From Ruditapes philippinarum (lineage: Eukaryota), in the NCBI RefSeq assembly GCF_026571515.1, contig NW_026863843.1:372001-436000 (forward strand): DNA of 64,000 nt. Direction: 5' to 3'. The translations under genes and the position numbers were made by a program. The notes under the pieces were generated by a model, which saw only the letters and a program-made list of their open reading frames with translations, was not told where the DNA came from and did not search any database. This document shows, piece after piece, positions 58,225-64,000 of the stretch. Numbering within the stretch: the first letter of the stretch is position 1; every line of letters starts with the position of its first letter.

Positions 58225-60244
58225 ATGGAAAAAAAACGTGGAAAGATCCTTCAATATAATCAACAAGACCTTGAAAATGCTGTGAATGCTGTAACTTCAG
58301 GGCAATCTATAAGACAGGCTTCAGCAAAATTCAACGTTCCTAGGAGCACCATTGGGGACCGGATATCTGGTCGCTTTGATATGAATAAACCTCTGGTTCA
58401 CGGAAGACCCCCTGCCATTCCAGCAGACATTGAAAACAAAGTTGTAGAGGCAGTAAAGACAGCAGCAAAACTGGGCGTTGGTTTGAGTAGAAAGCAAATT
58501 ATTGCCAGAACTAATGTTTTGTGTAAGCGTATCAAGTTGCAAACAGCATACCCTAACTTTAAGGCCGGTAAAGATTGGTGGGAAGGGGTTAAGCGAAATA
58601 ACAATAAGAAAACCCGAGAAGCTTTCAAATGTGCGCGCTAGAATGTTAAATCATGTTGTCGTAGAAAACTACTTCAATGACTTAGGAAAAATCATTCAAG
58701 ACCTTAATCTGAGTTCCATAAACATATGGAACTGTGATGAAACAGGTCTTAATTTTGAGCATTGTCCTGTAAACGTTATTGCTGAGCGCGGGACCACAGT
58801 TGTTAGTAAGACTAGTCAAAAGTCAAGCAATTTAACTATAATGGCATGTGTTAATGCTGCAGGAGATGCAATGCCCCCTTTAATTATAACTAAAGGTAAA
58901 ACAGTAAAATCTTTACATGGGTTTAAAACAATAGATGCTCCGAAAGATACCGTGTGGAGTTACCAAGAGAAAGGTTGGATCACCGACGAAATTGGTGAAA
59001 GGTGGTTTAACCAAGTCTTTATTAAGCAATGCGGACCCAAACGACCCCAGTTGCTAGTGTTTGATGACCATTCTTCTCACGAAACACTTGCTATTATTGA
59101 ACGAGCAATTGAAGAAAATATAATTCTGTTATCGCTCCCTCCACACACCACACACTACCTCCAGCCTTTGGATAGAAGTGTATTTGGCCCGTTTAAGAAA
59201 GCATATAATGAAAAATGTTCCGAGTTCATATCAGAGCACCCACTTCATGTGGTAAATAAACATTCATTTCCGTCACTTCTCACAAAAGCTTGGGACGATG
59301 CCTTCACGCAGAGCAACGTAAAAAGTGGGTTTGCCTCCTGTGGAATATGGCCTGTGAATAGGTTTGCTATTCCGAATGATGCCTTTATGCCAAGTTCTGT
59401 GACAGATGTCCCTCATGTTACACATACATTGGCAGGCTTTGATGCCACATCTACACCCACTGTTGGTACCTACAATGCTGAAGGTTGGTGTTATAAATAA
59501 GGTTTTCTTTTTCTAATATGTATAACTAAGTTTGACGGGTATTTTGCGGTTACTCGATACAATCGATGAAATATCTAGAAGTAGAACAAGAAATAGTTGT
59601 TAAGTGCTCGTAAAATTTATAGCCGATATAATATGAAATTACAAAATATATATAATGCAATATTATAGTAACACGTATCGCGTTAATGAACAATGCAAAC
59701 AATTTTATTTTGAAACACAGTTAAACATTAACATGATAATTTTCAAGTTTTATGCCGACTGTGTTATTAAGTCCACCATTTGTTTTCACCCAGGTGTTGA
59801 ACAATAATAGTATTTTTTTTTCGTTTTGCTATAGATTCATCGGAAGTTATGACTGCTGTACCGTTATCACCACAACTTGAGAATAGAGATGAAGAACCAT
59901 CACGTGCTGATGATGTACCTCTTCCCGTACTTGACCTATCTGATCCTGCGGTGTTACTGGAATTAATTTCAAGTGAAAATCTAATAATGGATCGTGTAGA
60001 TGATAATGCATTTAATGAGGTTTCAGTTGAAACCGCTCTTGATGTTGACAATAGTATAAGTGAAGTATTTCTGCCCCCAAAACTCGAAAGTAGAAAAGAA
60101 ACTAAAAACAATGTTGCAAAAAAAACGAGCCATACTATTTTGACGAGTGAGGAAATAGTTAAACAGAAGAGAGAAATCCAAAAAAGAAAAAATGAAAAAG
60201 AGACCAAAAAAGCTGCTAAGAGAATAAAAACAGAAAAAAATTAA
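58225..60244 (+). pseudogene. pogo/Fot1-like transposase (HTH_psq, CENP-B HTH, DDE_1), frameshifted near 58594; intron 59484-59834
   Basis: YNQQDLENAVNAV..SIRQASAKFNVPRSTI, then GKDWWEGVK / frameshift / EITIRKPE. Catalytic motifs WNCDETG, LLVFDDHSSH and HYLQPLD (35 aa between the second and third D). GAAG|GTTGGT...CTATAG|AT splices in frame to a basic C-terminus containing ILTSEE. Confidence 0.9.
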
Positions 60245-62460
60245 AATGCAGTGAAAAGAGATGTCCAAAGTTAAGAGTACAACCGGGATAAATGAAGAAC
60301 ATTAGAACTTGTGTTAAATTTTGTTTGTTTTCCTTGCAGTCAACCAATCATGACTCATATCAAATAATCCGTCGATAACTGTTATATCTTAAAGAAGATA
60401 TGAATATGTCCAAATTGTTCTGTTTTTTGTTTTAAGCAATTAAAATGTAACTTCAAAAAGGGTTGAAATATAATTTTACTAAGAGATAAGTTGGTTGTAA
60501 CGTTTAATTAATTCATTTTAAATAGCAAAAACAGAGTACTATAAGAGTAGCTTTTTTTTATAAAAAGTCACAGTCATTTATTAATTGTGCTATTTAGGAG
60601 AGTTGCGAATGTTAACATTTTGAATTACAACCTTGAAAATGAAGATATAGACAATCATATTGATTAGTATTTGTGCCCTGAAATTATTTCTCAATAACTG
60701 TCTGCTTTGTTCCCCACTTTTTTTAAAAATTCTTAATTTGTCCGACTTTTGACTACTCAAAATTGCATGTCCGACTTTCAACTAAAGTATGTCCGAATTT
60801 TCACTATTCTGTCCGAGTCATAGCGTTTTACGCCTATGTACATTTTCCTCCCATTTTCGGAGTACTTTTGACATTACGGTGACAGTGAATGCATGATTCG
60901 AAACTAAATATAGTATAATTAAAGGGAAGTAATACAAAAGATCCTAAACTCCATATTGTTAATCACAGTAATCTGGCAAGTTAGGGTAACTGAATTTTGT
61001 CCGACTTTATACGGATTGACCCTATAGAATTCTATATATTTTTTAATTGTTTTTTATTTGATTTTCTTTTAAATATTCACATGTAGTCTATAGCCGGGCA
61101 AGCCAAAGCCCGGACCCGCTTCGCGGGCCCGGTCTTTGACTTCCCCGTATGAAAAAGGCAAAGCCTCAAAGCGAGCTCAATTATTCTTTTAGTTTTACCA
61201 GGTACGTATATTAACGGTATCCGCAACTAGATTTTAGACCGTGATTGGTGTCGTGCCAGTTACGTGCGCATACGAAAAACATTAATCGATGGCGGAAGGC
61301 AACAATTTCAGTTCGTGAAAAAATATGTTAATTAAGCGCTAATTTATGGGCATCTGCACAAAATACTCAAAAAATAATGACAGGTTTGTTGTTGTTAATA
61401 CTTAATGAGGGTCCATCCGCCCTTTCGGGCACAAAATGCAGCTTTCGCTGTCGAGTACGGACCCAGGACATGTCACCAGTCATGCCCTTAAAGAGTTAAT
61501 TTTGAAACACAAAATGGTGATAATTTACCTCCATGCAATTTCCACGGAGTATAAGCCAAAGAGATAAATTTTGAGCCAAAAGTAGGTCACTGTACAGCGG
61601 TCAATGAGAACCTAAATGTACAGTAACCTGTGACAATAGGAAAGGTGTTTGGCCCTGAAAAGGGCTGTTGGTGCCAGCTATAGGCCTGCCTTACAAGCTG
61701 TCTATCTGTACTAGGGGCTCACATACCCTAGTACACCATCCTCGTCGTCTCAGCCTACTTTGTAGGGCCACTCCCCTTGGCATTAGTCAGGACATCGGCA
61801 GCTGGTCCGCAGAAGTGACGAAGTAGGATTCCGTAGTTAACGCCCACGGTTGAAGGCTACGTTAAAGTTGTCTACCAGCCAAGTTGTAAATCTTCTGCCG
61901 ATGCCCTGTGCCTTCTCAGCGACGTGCACGCTCCGAGGGGAAGTGAAAAGTAATGACAGGTTAGTCTTATTTCTTTGTTATGTATGTAAATTTTTACTAG
62001 ATCACGCTTTCATTGGCGTAAATCGGGTTGGAAATATTCCACTCTGGATGAATGAGATTTACAAAATGGCGGAAAGTTTGTTTGAAACGAGTGAACACGT
62101 ATAAAATCTGCAGAGACATCAGGCTTAAACCGCTCCAAGAAAACTGACTAAACTTGCACAAATCGGTTTAAAATAAATTCAAGTATGTCGTGAAGGTACT
62201 TTTAACACTCCCTTATCATCTGTTCTATTGTTTTTGTGGCATGGAATTTGAAAGAAAATGTTAAATTTTTGTGGTGCAAAATTAAATTCACGACCTATTT
62301 TAGCCGAAGCATCAGAGGTATTTAAAGACCTTTAAAATATAAATGAAAGCTGAAAAGTTAGTCACTACATCATAGTAAATGGTTTATGATATTATTTATA
62401 ATTTTCAGCCGAGTAATTTTGATGCTATGTCTTTTTGAAAATGGATGAATTTTCCCCCAT

Positions 62461-63541
62461 TTTTTATATGCCCGAAAGGGCATATTATGTTATACCCCCT
62501 GGCGTCCGTCTGTCTGTCTGTCTGTCTGTCCGTCCGTCCGTTAGCAATTTTGTTTCCGGAGCATAACTTAAGTTCCATTTGGCCCACAATGTTCAAACTT
62601 CATAGGATGATTGTCCATATTGGGTAGAAGACCCCTATTGATTTTGGGGTCAAAAGGTCAAAGGTCAAGGTCACTATGACCTTAAAACTGAAAACAGTTT
62701 CCGGAGCATAACTTAAGTTCCATTCGACCCACAATGTTGAAACTTCATAGGATGATTGTCCATATTGGGTAGAAGACCCCTATTGATTTTGGGGTCACAA
62801 GGTCAAAGGTCAAGGTCACTATTACCTTGATACTGAAAACAGTTTCCGGAGCATAACTTAAGTTCCAATTGACCCACAATGTTCAAACTTCATAGGATGA
62901 TTGTCCATATTGGGTAGAAGACCCCTATTGATTTGGGGTCAAAAGATCAAAGGTCAAGGTCACTATGACCTTAAAACTGAAAACAGTTTCCGGAGCATAA
63001 CTTAAGTTCCATTCGACCCACAATATTCAAACTTCATAGGATGACTGTCCATATTGGGTAGAAGACCCCTATTGATTTTGGGGTCACAAGGTCAAAGGTC
63101 AAGGTCACTATTACCTTGATACTGAAAACAGTGTCTGGAGCATAACTTAAGTTCCAATTGACCCACAATGTTCAAACTTCATAGGATGATTGTCCATATT
63201 GGGTAGAAGACCCCTATCGATTTTGGGGTCACAAGGTCAAAGGTCAAGGTCACTATTACCTTGATACTGGAAACAGTTTCCGGAGCATAACTTAAGTTCC
63301 ATCTGGCCCACAGTGTTCAAACTTCTTAGGATGATTGTCCATATAAGGTAGGAGACCCCTATAGATTTTGGGGTCACAAGGTCAAAGGTTAAGGTCATTA
63401 TTAATAACTTAAGTATTAATCAACCTACAGCTGTAAAATTTTATAGGATGAAAAACGAATTCCCATGTCTTTCAAATGCTTCATCCTTACTAAAAAAAAA
63501 AACACTTTCGGGCATAATGCTCCGCCTAGCGGTGCTCTTGT
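62461..63541 (+). mobile_element. HINE with ~145-bp tandem repeats (~6 units)
   Basis: 5' TTTTATATGCCCGAAAGGGCATAT, (GTCT/GTCC)n, units starting TTTCCGGAGCATAACTTAAG at ~145-bp spacing, 3' TTCGGGCATAA followed by a hairpin and CTCTTGTTT. Confidence 0.9.
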
Positions 63542-64000
63542 TTTTAGCTCACCTGTCACAAAGTGACAGGTTGAGCTTTTGTGATCGCTTTTCGTCCGGC
63601 GTCCGTCCGGCGTCCGTCCGTCGTCCGTCCGTCCGTAAACTTTTACTTTAAATGACATCTCCTCATAAACCACTAAGCCAATTTCATCCAAACTTCACAG
63701 AAAGGTTCCTTTGGTGGTCACCTTTAAAAATTGTTCAAAGAATTTAATTCCATGCAGTGGCAACCGAAAGAAAAAACTTTAAATATCTTCTTTTAAAAAA
63801 CCATAAGAGCTAGAGCTTAGATATTTGGCATGAAACATCTTCTAGTGAGTGTCTACCAAGTTTGTTCAAATAAAAGCCCTGGGGTCAAAATTGGCCCCGC
63901 CCCAGGAGGTCATTGATTTTCCCTATATGCATATAGTAAAAACTTAAAAAATCTTCTTTTAAAGAACCAAAAGAGTTAGAACTAAGATATTTAGCATGAA
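63542..64000 (+). mobile_element. HINE of the 42324-44498 family, truncated by the window edge
   Basis: TTTTAGCTCACCTGTCACAAAGTGACAGG...(GTCC)n..., the reverse complement of 44498 leftwards. Confidence 0.9.

Larger units (their letters stand above)
56155..61022 (+). mobile_element. pogo-superfamily (Fot1-like, DD35D) DNA transposon, 4868 bp, carrying a HIRAN gene and a transposase gene
   Basis: Perfect 24-bp TIRs GGGTCAATCCGTATAAAGTCGGAC (56155-56178 and 60999-61022). TA at 56153-54 and 61023-24. Subterminal (AAAG)TCGGACA repeats at both ends. Confidence 0.93.

Noticed and set aside
59767-60268. Hydrophobic minus-strand ORFs in the transposon
   Set aside because: Antisense shadows of the Lys/Glu-rich last exon of the transposase.

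Overview
AT-rich, intron-containing animal DNA. The repeat families (Helentron-derived HINEs, tRNA-SINEs, palindromic MITEs) suggest a bivalve mollusc, which is an inference. Spliced host genes reconstructed by hand: two tandem paralogous two-exon genes of unknown function (-; <1-787 and 4228-4958), a signal peptide-EGF-FN3-TM membrane protein (+; 10060-11579), a glutaredoxin with an atypical SPAC active site (-; 17769-18536), two near-identical convergent alpha-tubulin genes (21969-25752 + and 30092-31958 -), and a 13-coding-exon METTL13/EEF1AKNMT gene (-; 36882-55211). The most notable item is a 4.87-kb pogo/Fot1-like DD35D DNA transposon (56155-61022; 24-bp TIRs, TA target duplication). Besides a frameshifted transposase it carries an intact stand-alone HIRAN-domain gene, and each ORF has a splice acceptor directly before its ATG. 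The first coding intron of METTL13 holds a multi-level nest of elements, including a ~110-bp Penelope-like fragment with a minimal hammerhead ribozyme core. There is an assembly gap at 21135-21310. All calls were made by eye and no database searches were run.
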